Shown in pieces: positions 38,527 to 51,103 of a DNA stretch of 64,000 nucleotides; positions within the stretch are counted from its first letter, which is position 1, and every line of letters begins with the position of its first letter. The notes under the pieces were generated by a model. The model saw nothing but the letters and a program-made list of their open reading frames with translations, was not told the origin of the DNA and ran no database searches. The position numbers were made by a program, and so were the translations under genes. This DNA is from Felis catus (lineage: Eukaryota), in the NCBI RefSeq assembly GCF_018350175.1, contig NC_058368.1, positions 177,012,001 to 177,076,000 of the forward strand, read 5' to 3'.

Positions 38527-39265
38527 TCCCTGACTCGCGCACAAGAGGCTCTTGATGACGGCCTTCCCACTAGCCCTTCACCTTCCAGCACCTTCGCTCC
38601 TCCAACACCACCACCAGCCAGCGGACGTTTCTTTAACGCCAGCTCGTGTCAGCCTCCGGGCCTCTGCTTCTGCTGCTTCCTTGACCTGGAATGCCCTGGC
38701 CTCGCCTTTTCGCCTCTCGAACACCTGTTCTTCGTACAAGACACAGCTTGAATGTGTCCCCTTTCTCCTGGGGAGCCTCCTAATTCCCAGGCAGAAGGGG
38801 TTGCTGCCCATCCTGTCTGCCCCCAACCCTCATCCAAATCCCACTCTGTTCCAAGCATTGCTCACCGTTTCCACGTGCCTCTCCGTGTCCCTGCACCAGG
38901 CACGGAGCCTGACATGGTGTAAGTGTCACTGACTGTCTGCTTGCAGAATGGATCTTTGCCTCTTGATATGAACCTGAGTTCTAAAGCCAGACTGGCTGGC
39001 TTGAATCTAAGATCGGTGAATTTCTTCCTGTGTGACCGTGAGCAAGTATGTTGACCTTTCTGAGCCTTGGCTTCTTCCTCTGTAAAATGAGGTAATAATT
39101 GTGTCTGCTCCATAGTGTTACTCTGAGGACAAAACAGGTAACATGTGGAGTGTTTAGAAATGAACTCGGTACGTGGTCAAGTGCTCAGTAATGGTGGGGG
39201 CTTTTGTATTTCTTGTACCTGGCATGAACTTGACATTCAGCTGCCTGTAGTGGGCGCTGCATTGA

Positions 39266-39688
<423 letters not shown>

Positions 39689-39983
39689 TAGGGACAAAGG
39701 AGACCCCTGGCATCTGTGGCTCACCATCCTCCAGCGCCCAGGACGGCCCCTCGCCAGGGATCTGCCCATGAGGCTGGTGGTGTCCTGTGGGAGGCGCTGG
39801 TCTGACCCTTTTGCTCCTGCTTCTAATCTAGAGAATTTGAGTGAGAGTGGCGGACAGAGGGACGAGTCCGCCTCCGTTCGCAGGTAGAAAATAGGACGTC
39901 AGGCGTATGTGTGGAAACAAACTTTTTTTTGTTTTCGTCTCTTCTCTCCTTGGGTTTTCTTTCTTTTCTTTTCTTTTTTTTTT

Positions 39984-40340
39984 CAGATTGTGGTAAAATG
40001 CATGTGACATAAAATTGATCACCTTAACTTTGAAGTGTAGTTTTTAAGTGTCCAGGTCAGTGGCATGAAGTACGTTCACGTTGTCGTGCAGCCATCACGA
40101 CCATCTGTCTCCAGGACATTTCCGAAATCCCAGACTGAAACACAGTCCCCAGTAAACACTAACCCCCACCCCCAGGCCCTGGTCACCTCCATTCTACATT
40201 TTGTCTACGATTTTGACTGTTCTAGGGACCCCCTATAAGTGCAATCATTTGTGCTTTCGTTTCTGGCTTGTTTCACTCAGCATAATGTCCTTGAGGTTCA
40301 TCCGTGTTGTAGCAGGTGTCAGAATTTCTTTGTGTTTTTA
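39984..40340 (-). mobile_element. Old L1MB-like 3' end
   Basis: ttgtggtaaaatgcatgtgacataaaatt...ttcatccgtgttgtagcaggtgtcagaatttc. Confidence 0.78.
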
Positions 40341-40487
40341 ATACCTTTTTTTTTTTAACCAAAATAACACAGGCACACCTCATCTGCTACCACCACCTTC
40401 TTTCCCCATCCATTTCCACCAATGACACTGAACTCTTGTCCTATTTACTCCTGCATTGATCAATCATATGCTTATAATGCTATTTCC

Positions 40488-40699
40488 TTTTTTAAAAAAT
40501 GTTTGTTTATTTATTTATTTTGAGAGAGAGAGTGTAAACACGAGAGGGAAGGGGCAGAGGGGGAGAGAGAGAATCCCAGCCAGGCTCCGTGCTGCTGGCA
40601 CAGAGCCTGATGTGGGGCTCAATCTCACCACCGTGAGCTCACCCCCCGGGCCGAAATCAAGTCTGACGCACTTAATCGACTGAGCCACCCAGGCGCCCC
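40488..40699 (-). mobile_element. Can-SINE
   Basis: TSD taatgct(a/g)ttt. Confidence 0.92.
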
Positions 40700-41530
40700 T
40701 GTAATGCTGTTTCTTAACTAATGGCTTTTATTGTTTGATGGAAAATCATACATGTTTATTATCCACAACTTACACAGTACAGGAACGTTGGGAGGGGAGA
40801 GCCTGGAAGTCCCTCCAATCTCATTCTCCAGAAGTTGGCACTGGTTGTCCTCCCAGATCACGTGTGCATACGTCTCTGCCAGTGGAAGGGTGTCCGGACA
40901 GAGAGATGTTTTGTCTGTCAGTGACAGAGAGACAGTTTGACTTCATTCCACTCTTTTCTAGTAACACCTTCCTGGTGGCTAAATCACTCATTCGTCCGCA
41001 CCTCTCCCCCTCCCTCGACCGTGTCCTTCCAGCATAGGAACGTCACTATTGTACTTTCTCTAGTGGTAACCTGCGTAGCTGTAAGGAACAATTTGCATCA
41101 TGGCCACAAGAAACTGCACCAGCGTTGTGTCCCTGTGATGGAGAACTGCAGAGATCATCATGAGGGTTGGAACAGAAATGGTGCAGTGCAATCATCTAGT
41201 ACATCTTCTGCCACAGGAGAGCAGCTCCCAGCATCCTTGCTTTGAGGGCTCTGAAGCTCAGAGGGTGGGGACCTGCCCTGGGTCAGAGCTAGTAAGGACA
41301 GAGCCAGGGCTGACCCCAGGGCCCGCTGGCTTGCTTCCCAGGGCTCGCCCACATCACCGCACTCCCCTCCATGAGCGCTTCGATCCTTAGGGTGGGGCTG
41401 GGCCTTACAAAATGGATGCAGTTCTAGTGGGTTCTCAGACTTAGTGCATTTTAGTCCTCTGGAGGGCTCCCAACACTCAAGATTGCTGGGTGTTAACGCC
41501 AGCGTTTCTGTCTTGGGTGGGGCCCAAGAA

Positions 41531-41627
41531 CTTTCCTTCCTTCCTTCCTTCCTTCCTTCCTTCCTTCCTTCCTTCCTTCCTTCCTTCCTTCCTCCCTCCC
41601 TCCCTCCCTCCCTCCCTCCCTCCCTCC

Positions 41628-41697
<70 letters not shown>

Positions 41698-41730
41698 ATT
41701 CCTTCCTCCCTCCCTCCCTCCCTCCTTCTC

Positions 41731-41794
<64 letters not shown>

Positions 41795-41901
41795 TCCTTC
41801 TTTCCTTCTTTCCTTCTTTCCTTCTTTCCTTTCCTTCTTTCCTTCTTTCCTTCTTTCTTTCTATTCTTTCCTCCCTCCCTCCCTCCCTCCTTGTCTGTCT
41901 G

Positions 41902-41957
<56 letters not shown>

Positions 41958-42016
41958 TTTCTTTCTTTCTTTTCCTTCCTGCCTCCCTCCCTCCTTCCCT
42001 CCTTCCTTCCTTTTTT
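41531..42016. repeat. About 485-bp compound polypyrimidine microsatellite (CCTT/CCCT/CTTT)n
   Basis: Read directly; only a handful of purines; contiguous with the SINE tail. Confidence 0.97.
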
Positions 42017-42213
42017 AAAGTTTATTCATTTATTTTGAGAGAGAGAGAGAGCACAAATGGGAGAGGAGCAGAGAGGAGAGAGAGAATCCCAAGCAGGCTC
42101 CACACGGTGAGCACAGAGCCTGACGCAGAGCTCAAACCCACAAACCGTGAGATCCTGACCTGAGCCGAAGTCAGGAGTCGGAAGTTTAGCCAACTGAGTT
42201 TCTCAGGGGCCCC
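42011..42213 (-). mobile_element. Can-SINE inserted in a MER5 fossil (halves at ~41425-41530 and 42214-42290)
   Basis: gggcccaagaactt [insert] agaacttgcatttctaataagctccca reconstructs MER5. Confidence 0.88.
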
Positions 42214-43128
42214 AGAACTTGCATTTCTAATAAGCTCCCACGTGCAGCAGTAGTGATGGGACCACTGTGACAACCACCACTTTTGACCCTCGCTATCCAA
42301 AGTATGGTTGGTGGTAGCAGCAGCCTGACCTGGCAGCTTGTTAGAAATGCTCTGTTGTCCAGAGGGTCGGGTTGGTTCTGTCTTGAAACCAGCAGTATGA
42401 AGAAGTTTCTCAGACCAGGCGTGAGCAGGGAGGGCCACACTCTGTGCTATGTCCTGGTACCTTCCGGGGGTCAGCTCACATCCCTGTGGCTCTTCTTCCT
42501 CCGTATTCCTTCTTGTACCTGGAATGGTTAAGGGCATGCACTCTAGTCAGAGAGTCCTGAGTTCAAATCCCAAGTCTGCCTCTAGGTCTGTGACCTTGGT
42601 AAAGCCCCCTAACCTCGCTGCTTTTCCATTTCCGCATCTGTAAAATGCGAATGATAATAAAACATCTGTTGGAAGGTTGTGATACCAGTTACAAGCAGGT
42701 GTATGTGTAACAAGCTCTCTGTAAAGGCCGGCTGTCATTACCGTTGTTTCCTTAAGTGTCTGCTGTGTGCCAGGCCCTGTGCTGGGCTCTGGGAACTGGA
42801 AGGGAGTGAGATTCTGGTCTCCTTCCTGCTCCTGCAGAGTTCCCAGGCAGTGGGGAGACACTTGAGAGCATCAGGGCTGGAGTGGGGAGTTTATGGTGGT
42901 GGTTGGGGGGGGGGGCTCGGTTCTTCCACCTGAGCCTGGAGGTGTGGGTTTAGAAGAGGCTTTGGTAGGAGGATAGTTTGAGCTGAGTTGTGAAAGGCGG
43001 ATAGGTATTTACCAAGTAAACCAGGTTGGGCAGGGCAAGCCAGGAAGAGGGAGCCTAGCAGGCAGGGGCATGGAAGTAAAGAACAGCAGAATGTTTTGGG
43101 GGGACTGATAATAAAAATAATACACATT

Positions 43129-43329
43129 GGGGCACCTGGTTGGCTCAATCAGTTAAGCATCTGACTTCGGCTCAGGTCATGATCTCATGATTCGTGAGTT
43201 CGAGCCCCGTGTCAGGGCTCTCTGCTGTCAGCACAGAGCCCCCTTCAGATCCTGTCCCCCACCCCCCCCCCCATCTCTCTGCCCCTCTCCCCATGCTCTC
43301 TGAAAAATAAAAAATAAACATTAAAAAAA
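43129..43329 (+). mobile_element. Can-SINE
   Basis: TSD aaa(a/g)ataat(a/g)caca. Confidence 0.92.
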
Positions 43330-44998
43330 GATAATGCACACTTAACTGGGTTTATGAAGCACCCGCTAGATGCCAGCCATCAGAGGAGGCACTTTCTAGA
43401 TGGGTCATTTAATCTGCACTCCAGGGGGTACTGGGCAGGAGTGTGGGGAGGGGAGGGACTGTACCCAACATAGATGAGGACACTGAGTTCAGACCATGAG
43501 GGAGGAGAAGTAGCAGGGTTGGGACTTGGGTCTTTCGGACTTCACAGCTGCCAGTGGTTGGGGTCATTCAGGGGTGGAGCATGGGTGGTCAGGGAGGGGC
43601 CAGGTTGGGGAGTGTCTTTGCCTTCAGGCTCAGGGAGTATGGGGTGGGGGACAGAAGAGAGCCTCTTGTGCTCCGAGGGATTCAAGGGAAACCTTCAGCT
43701 CCATCCTTCAAGAACTTCTCACTTGGAGGAGGCAGCACACAGCAAACCTGGTCAGGACCAGCCAGTCAGAGCAGAGAGGCCCTGGTGGGGGCAGGGAGGG
43801 AGGGAGGGTCCCAGCAGCCTTGGGCTGAGGTGTCCCCATGGGGTTCCCATCTCCCGTTGCCATCTCCCCCTGCACACCCCCTAAATCTGGAGGGCACTGA
43901 ACTGACACGCCGAGCGGACTCCAGAATCTCACTCAGAGCCTAGCAGGGGGCCGGATGGAAGCAGACGGGTGCATCAGGTTTCCAAATGACTTGGCATATG
44001 CAGTTGAGAACACCAGGAAGCCAATGAAAAAGGCAAAAAGTGCAGGGAGAGTTGAGTGTGAGTATTTACACGATTTCACGGAGCCCTGGGAGCCGTGATG
44101 TGCACGCCTGCCGGGGCCTGTTGTTCTGTTTTGGAAAATTCTCCATCCCCCTTGGGCCTGGAATCTGCAGCCTGGCAGAGCAGCGGAGGAGGCCTGGGAG
44201 ACACAGTGGCAGCTCGACTGACTCTTGCTGGCTTCTTGAGACTGCCTCGGGCCCTGAGGCCCCCTCTCCCCCATGTCCTTATATAACTCAGGGATGCATA
44301 AGACAGTTGCTTAGCAGATCTCTCTCCCAAGCAAGGGCCACACCCAGGCTTCTCAGTGGAGTGGGAATAGAGTGAAAAGCAGCAGGGAGAGCTGAGCAGA
44401 GCGTGGGCTCTAGACAGACAGGCACGGTTCAAGTCCTGGCTCTGCCACCTCGAGCCGGAGAACCGTACGTAACTATCCAAACCTCAGTTCTTCGATCTGT
44501 GCAATGGGTGTAACAGTAGATCGCCTCTCAGGGTTAGTTGGGACCAGTCGGGTGAAGTATGCAAAGTACTGTCACAGGGAGGCTCAGGGCTGTGTCCTTC
44601 TCTGCTGCTAGACACTTTGCCTTCTTCCTTGTTCATACCAGACTTCCCTGAGGCTCATTTGGTCATTGCCAAGGAAGGCACGAGCTCCCGCTCTGAGTGG
44701 GGGGAAGCGATTTCTGATGACCAGTGGGAACCCATAGGCGCAGAGAGAGAGAGAGAGAGAGGAAGCACGCCTGCCGCCCAGAGACCATTGGGATATTTGG
44801 TGGGGGGTGGACGCTGCGGTCTGAAGAACCGTGTTCTGGCCCCGGATCTGCCATGTCACCTTGGGTGACCTTGGGTGAGTCACCTCACCCTTTTGGGCAT
44901 CAGTTTCTCAAAGTCAAGAGTGTGGTAACAGTTCCCATCTCACGGGATTCGTATGACAGTGTAGTGAGACCGTGCGCACAGAGCGTGGATCTGCAGGT

Positions 44999-45434
44999 GG
45001 GGCGCCTGGCTGGCTCAGGTGGTTGAGTGTCCGACACTTGATTTCAGCTCAGGTCATGATCTCGCAGGTTCGTGGTTTTGCGCCCCGTGTCGGGCTCCGC
45101 GCTGACAGTGTGGAGCCTGCTTGGGGTTCTGTCTCTCTCTTCCTGTCTCTCTTTGCCCCTCCCCCTCGCCCCCCTCTCAAAAATAAACATTTTTTTTTAA
45201 TTTTTTTTTTCAACGTTTATTTATTTTTGGGACAGAGAGAGACAGAGCATGAACGGGGGAGGGGCAGAGAGAGAGGGAGACACAGAATCGGAAACAGGCT
45301 CCAGGCTCTGAGCCATCATCAGCACAGAGCCCGACGCGGGGCTCGAACTCACGGACCGCGAGATCGTGACCTGGCTGAAGTCGGACGCTTAACCGACTGC
45401 GCCACCCAGGCGCCCCTAAAATAAACATTTTTTT
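44999..45434. mobile_element. + strand Can-SINE (44999-45189) with a young - strand Can-SINE (45190-45416) inserted in its tail
   Basis: Inner TSD aaaataaacattttttt. Confidence 0.93.
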
Positions 45435-46380
45435 AAAAGCATCTACACAGAGAGGGGCCAGCAAACGTTAGGTTTCTTTCTTGGGCCTAGGGACATTTCA
45501 GAGACGCTGCTATGAGAGACAGTGTTCCCTCTTCTCCGGAGAGTCTGTGTTCCTCTCCCCAGTGGTGCATCTCTGAAAATGGGAGGAGAATTTTACTTTT
45601 GGAGTCTTTCACATTCTAAGCAGGAGTCCAGACTGGCCTAAAAGTCAAAATGCTCAGCCCAGAACCTGGGTACCAGTCAGTGGTAGTTTCTGTAGCATTG
45701 TCGTCACTTTACCACGTTATGATTACTGCAGGATTCCTAATTCCCAAAGTCCCCTTGATGCATAGGAGGCCAGGCGAGTGGGCCTGGCGGGAGCCCATTA
45801 CCTGCCCCTCACCCCCACCTTGACCCCCAACCCAGAATTCCTGCTTGCTGCAGCCAGCGGGCTGGTGACCTGATTCTTTCAGTATGACTATCATGTACTG
45901 AGCCGGTGTTTGATGTGTAGTAATTCATTCAGTCCTTAAAGACCACTGCTAACATTGTACAGAGGAGATGGAGATACCTGGCGTCTAAAGAGGTTAACTT
46001 AACCCCAGATCGTACAGCCAGTAAGAGGCACAACTGGGGTTCAGACCAGCGCATCTGGCTTCAGAGCCCACGTGCTTAACCATTACCTTATTGTAGCAAT
46101 AAATGATGAGAACCGTTCTCCTGTGATCGAAGGCAGACAGGAGAAAGTGCCTCTGTGTTGGGGAAGAGATCAGCTGGGCATCCAGGGCAGTTGAACCCTG
46201 GAACACAAACGCTCCTGAGACTCTCTCTGGTCTGCCTTTCTGTGCACGTTGGTTAGGCTCTGACCAGCCCCCTCCACAAAGCCTCTGGCTAGGGCTAGTT
46301 TTAATTTTCCCAGCATCATCTTCTGAAGGTTGATCATCGGAACCTCACCATTTCAGGTCTCCGGTTAATAATCCCAGTGA

Positions 46381-46588
46381 GGGGTGTGTGGGTGGCTCCG
46401 TGAGCTAAGCGTCTGACTTTGGCTCAGTTGTGATCTCAGGGTTCAGGAGTCCGAGTCCTGCGTTGGGCTCTGTGCTGACAGCTCAGAGCCTGGAGCCTGC
46501 TTTGAACTCTGTGTTTCCCTTTCTCTCTGCCCCTCCTCTGGTCACATTCTGTTTCTTTCTCTCCCAAAAATAAATATTAAAAAAAAAA
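46381..46588 (+). mobile_element. Can-SINE
   Basis: TSD aatcccagtga. Confidence 0.9.
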
Positions 46589-48521
46589 TCCCAGTGAAGG
46601 ATTCTGATTGGCCTACGTTGGTGTGGGCATAGACCCTCTGGATCAATCGACAAGGTCCAGTAAGGAGGGCTTCTCTGAGAAGGAAGAGGGGTCAGGTAGC
46701 AATATGGAAATATTAACCCACCCCATTCCCTCGTCCTCTCCATGGAAGAGTGTGGTTGGGGTGGGTTGGATGGTTTGCCAGAAGGAAAGTAGATTTGCAC
46801 TGACCAGAAAACCAAATTGTTGTCCCCCGTAGACTGGCACAGCCTGTTGGAAGCAAGAACAGAGTTCTGAATGTGTAATTGAGGTTGAGGGAGAAAATAC
46901 CAGAAAAAGACAGGGTTATGTAGGGGAGGAGAGAGAGAGTCAGCGAAGGCCGCGGGGCTGGGAGGCTGAAGGTGGACCAGAATGAATGGGAAAACAAAGG
47001 CTTCTATAGTGGTCACGTGTATCTAATAAACAAAAGAAAATAAACATGGAAACAGAAAAATAGAGCAGTTCGGTCAGCCTCACATTTGGCTACCTAGTAT
47101 GATGCCTGTTTCCTAGATGAGGAAACTGAGGCTCAGAAACATGAAGCAGTTTGTCTCAGATCACAGAATCTTCTCGCTTTCCTGCCAGGTGCTGCCTCCG
47201 TGACAGCAGAGGCAGGAAAGCTGCCTTCTGGAGAGGCAGACCGTGCTGCCAATTCAGAGAAGTCACTTGGGTGCCGTGGTGGGGCCTCCCTGTTAATGAG
47301 CTGGTGCTGTAATCCTGAGGAGGAAGGCCCGTGGGATTCCAGGGCTGGGGGCAAAGCCTTTGTTTTCTCCTGTCCCCAGCTCACTTTCAGCGGGTCCCTC
47401 ACCCTCTCCAGGTTTCGCTTCCCTGTCGGCACCATGAGGACCCTGGCTGGGGTTTGTCCACGGGACCACTGCTGGCATTTTAGATGAGACCATTTTTACC
47501 TTAGGAGGTTCTCCCCCGTGAAATGGCAGGAACACTCGCCTTCATGTGACAGCCAGACCACCCCCACCCACTTTCAATCATCCTGGAACACACAGCACCC
47601 CATGGTTGAGGACCACCTAGAAGGTTCTCAGACCTAAATCCCAGGGTAAGCCCTGACCATGCTGGCCTACAGACTCACTGGCCTGGGGTAGAGGGTCCAG
47701 GAGGGAAGGCGGTTTGCCTTTAACTGGCCTGACATTATCTGGGAATAGGCTCCTCTTACCTTGGATTCTTTTGGTCCTCTGCAGTTAAGGGGACAGATGA
47801 GAGTTTCTGTTAGGTATCTCCATACGGTCTAAGTTCACGGCTCTGTGTGTGTGTGTGTGTGTGTGTGTAATCTATAACTTCTTACATTGTGTGATTTTTT
47901 TTTGTTTATAAAAGTAATATGTGGGATTTACGTATAGGAAGATACGTACAATGATACCCATTGCAACAATATTTGTAACAGCAAGAAATGAGAAATGATC
48001 CAGCTAATTCCTGTAGAGTTATGGTACTAGCCTACAATGAAGTCTTCTTCAGCTACTGAAGATTGTAGGAAATGTGTAATCTCTTGTAAAAATGTATGTA
48101 CACACCGTGAAGGGACAAAACACAAGCTGCAAGATAGTAGGCTTCATCTGGTTTTATTTTTCAAAAGTATTTTTATTTACGCATATACTTCTTATTTATG
48201 TAAATAAACATGGAGCTGTGTGCAGCAAACACTTAAAGTGTTTATCTCTGCCAGGATTATGGAGACTTTCGAATCTGTAAATGTTTGGATTTTTGATAAG
48301 CAGCATTGCTTTGGTCATAAGAAAAACATATTTATAAACGAGTATATAGATTGATACAGTCTGGACAGTCTAGAATTCCAGACAGTCTGGAATAAGACCC
48401 ACAAAGAAGGACGTGAAAGTCATTCCTGATGTTGCCACAATGCACCACCCTAGTCTTCCTTTCAGTATTTTTTCTGCGCACAGAATGGTAGAACCTGGTA
48501 GTGGTAAAGAGCACAGACTTC

Positions 48522-48732
48522 GGGATGCCTGGGTGGCCCAGTCGGTTAAGCATCCGACTTCAGCTCAGGTCACGATCTCACGGTTCGTGGGTTCGAGCCC
48601 CGCATCAGGCTCTGGCTGCCAGCTCGGAGCCCGGAGCCTGCTTTGGATTCTGTGTCTCCCTCTCCCTGCCCCTTCCCCACTTGCACTCTGTCTCTGTCTC
48701 TCAAAAATAAACATTAAAAAAAAAAAAAAAAA
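48522..48732 (+). mobile_element. Can-SINE
   Basis: TSD aaa(g/a)agcacagactt. Confidence 0.94.
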
Positions 48733-49263
48733 GCACAGACTTAGCATATGTCTGTCCTTAGAGCTGGGTAACCATCTGCAAGCTCCTCAGTTTTCTCATC
48801 TGTAGAGAAGGGGGATAATAATTTTCCCTGCTCCGAGGGTCCTGGCTATAAATGATCTGCACAGGGATATATATATATATGCACATGATATGCAAAATGA
48901 TTTGCAGAGGAAGATGTAAGTGATGTGCAGAAGTCTGCACAGTGCTGTGCACCTGGCAAGTTCTCAGTAAATATTAGCGTTTGTTACGACTGTTGGGCGT
49001 GTGCAGTGTGTCAGTTTTTTGCTAATCCCTGCAGTCAGTGTGCCCTCCGTCCAGGGTGCGCAGCTCACCCCCGGCGAGTGTGAAGTTCTCTCACCACATC
49101 CTGGCTCCCACTGGGTTTTACTCAAAAAGCAAAAACAAGAACCCACAAGCCTAAAAGACTTCTGCTACGTGCATTTCAGCTTTTTAAGCCAGAAAAGCGG
49201 TGTCCTCTTTATCAGAAACATTTTAAAGAATAAAAGCATCTAAAGTTAAAAAATGTAAGACCT

Positions 49264-49940
49264 GGGGCACCTGGGTGGCTCAATTGGTTAAGGGATCCAA
49301 CTCTTTTTTTTTTTTTTTTTAATTTTTTTTCAACGTTTATTTATTTTTGGGACAGAGAGAGAGCATGAACGGGTGAGGGGCAGAGAGAGAGGGAGACACA
49401 GAATCGGAAACAGGCTCCAGGCTCTGAGCCATCAGCCCAGAGCCCGACGCGGGGCTCGAACTCACAGACCGTGAGATCGTGACCTGGCTGAAGTCGGACG
49501 CTTAACCGACTGCGCCACCCAGGCGCCCCTTAGGGATCCAACTCTTGATTTCATCTCAGGTCATGGTCTCACGAACTGTAACAATGCGGAGCCTGCTTGG
49601 GATTCTTTTTTTTTTTTTTTTTTTCAACGTTTATTCATTTTTGGGACAGAGAGAGACAGAGCATGAACGGGGGAGGGGCAGAGAGAGAGGGAGACACAGA
49701 ATCGGAAACAGGCTCCAGGCTCTGAGCCATCAGCCCAGAGCCCGACGCGGGGCTCGAATTCACGGACCGTGAGACCGTGACCCGGCTGAAGTCGGACGCT
49801 TAACCGACTGCGCCACCCAGGCGCCCCATGGGATCCTTTATCTCCCTCGCTTTCTCTGCTCCTCTTCGGCTTGGGAGCACATGCGTTCTCTGTCTCTTTC
49901 TCTCAAAATAAATAAACGTTAGAAAAATGTTTAAAAGCAA
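49264..49940. mobile_element. + strand Can-SINE split by two young - strand Can-SINEs (49306-49529 and 49609-49827)
   Basis: Outer TSD aaaatgtaagacc; inner TSDs agggatccaactctt and tgggat(t/c)cttt. Confidence 0.93.
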
Positions 49941-50191
49941 AATGTAAGACCCCCTTGTGTGCTCTCCCCAAATCCTGCTTCTGGGGAGGTGGTTACCATT
50001 AGGTTTGATGTATAACCTCACAGACGCTGTTCTGTGTTTGTGGGTGTATGTGTGCACACAGTAGGTGTATGTCTTTCTTTTAAAATACAACTGGAATTCT
50101 GTACATTCTATCATATGCATCAGTCACCATCATGTTCAGGGCAACATGTTATGGATGAAGTCCCAAGTTAGTACATACAAATGCAATCTCC

Positions 50192-50372
50192 TTTTTTTTT
50201 TGATATATGTATTTTTTTAGGTGGGGGAGAGGGCCGGGGGGTGTGGAGAGACTATCAAGCTGGCTCTACACTCAGCGTGGAGCCCCACGTGGGGCTCGAT
50301 CTCATGACCCTGGGTTGCTGACCTGAGCTGAAAGCACGAGTTGGATGCTTGACTGAGCCACCCAGGTGCCCC
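50192..50372 (-). mobile_element. Older Can-SINE
   Basis: TSD tgcaatctc. Confidence 0.85.
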
Positions 50373-50405
50373 TGCAATCTCATTCTCTTTAAGGGCTGCA
50401 TACTA

Positions 50406-50641
50406 GGGGCGCCTGGGTGGCGCAGTCGGTTAAGCGTCCGACTTCAGCCAGGTCACGATCTCGCGGTCCGTGAGTTCGAGCCCCGCGTCAGGCTCTGGGC
50501 TGATGGCTCAGAGCCTGGAGCCTGTTTCCGGTTCTGTGTCTCCCTCTCTCTCTGCCCCTCCCCCGTTCATGCTCTGTCTCTCTCTGTCCCAAAAATAAAT
50601 AAACGTTGAAAAAAAAAATTAAAAAAAAAAAAAAAAAAAAA
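50406..50641 (+). mobile_element. Young Can-SINE
   Basis: Perfect TSD aagggctgcatactag; long A tail. Confidence 0.96.
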
Positions 50642-50896
50642 AGGGCTGCATACTAGTTCACGGCTGGGCTGCACCACAGTTTTTCTAACTCCTTTGCCAG
50701 CTCAGCTTTGGCAACAACTGGGTGCTTTCCAATTTCTTACTCTTTCCAATAATGCTTCTGTAAGCTTCCATATATATTATAAACATGATTTGGGGGAATC
50801 TATTTCTAGAAAGAGAATCGCTGTGTCAAATATATTTCTTTTTTTTTTTTTAACAATCTCTTTGGAGAAGCAACAAATATATTTCTTAAAACCCAG

Positions 50897-51103
50897 TTTT
50901 ATTTATTTATTTGTTTGTTTGTTTTAGAGATTGAGAGAGCGAGCGAGTAGGGGAATGGGGCAGAGGAAGAGAGAGAGAATCTTAAGCAGGCTCCACCCTT
51001 AGCATGGAGCCTGATGCGGGGCTCGATGCTGCGACCCCGAGATCATGACCTGAGGTGAAATCAAGAGTCGGACACTTAACTGTCTGAGCCACCCAGGCAC
51101 CCC
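50897..51103 (-). mobile_element. Can-SINE
   Basis: Antisense copy; TSD-like aaac(c)cagtt. Confidence 0.9.

Noticed and set aside
41444..42163. Longest ORFs (239 aa and 182 aa, S/F/L/P-rich)
   Set aside because: They are translations of a stop-free pyrimidine microsatellite plus a SINE, not genes.
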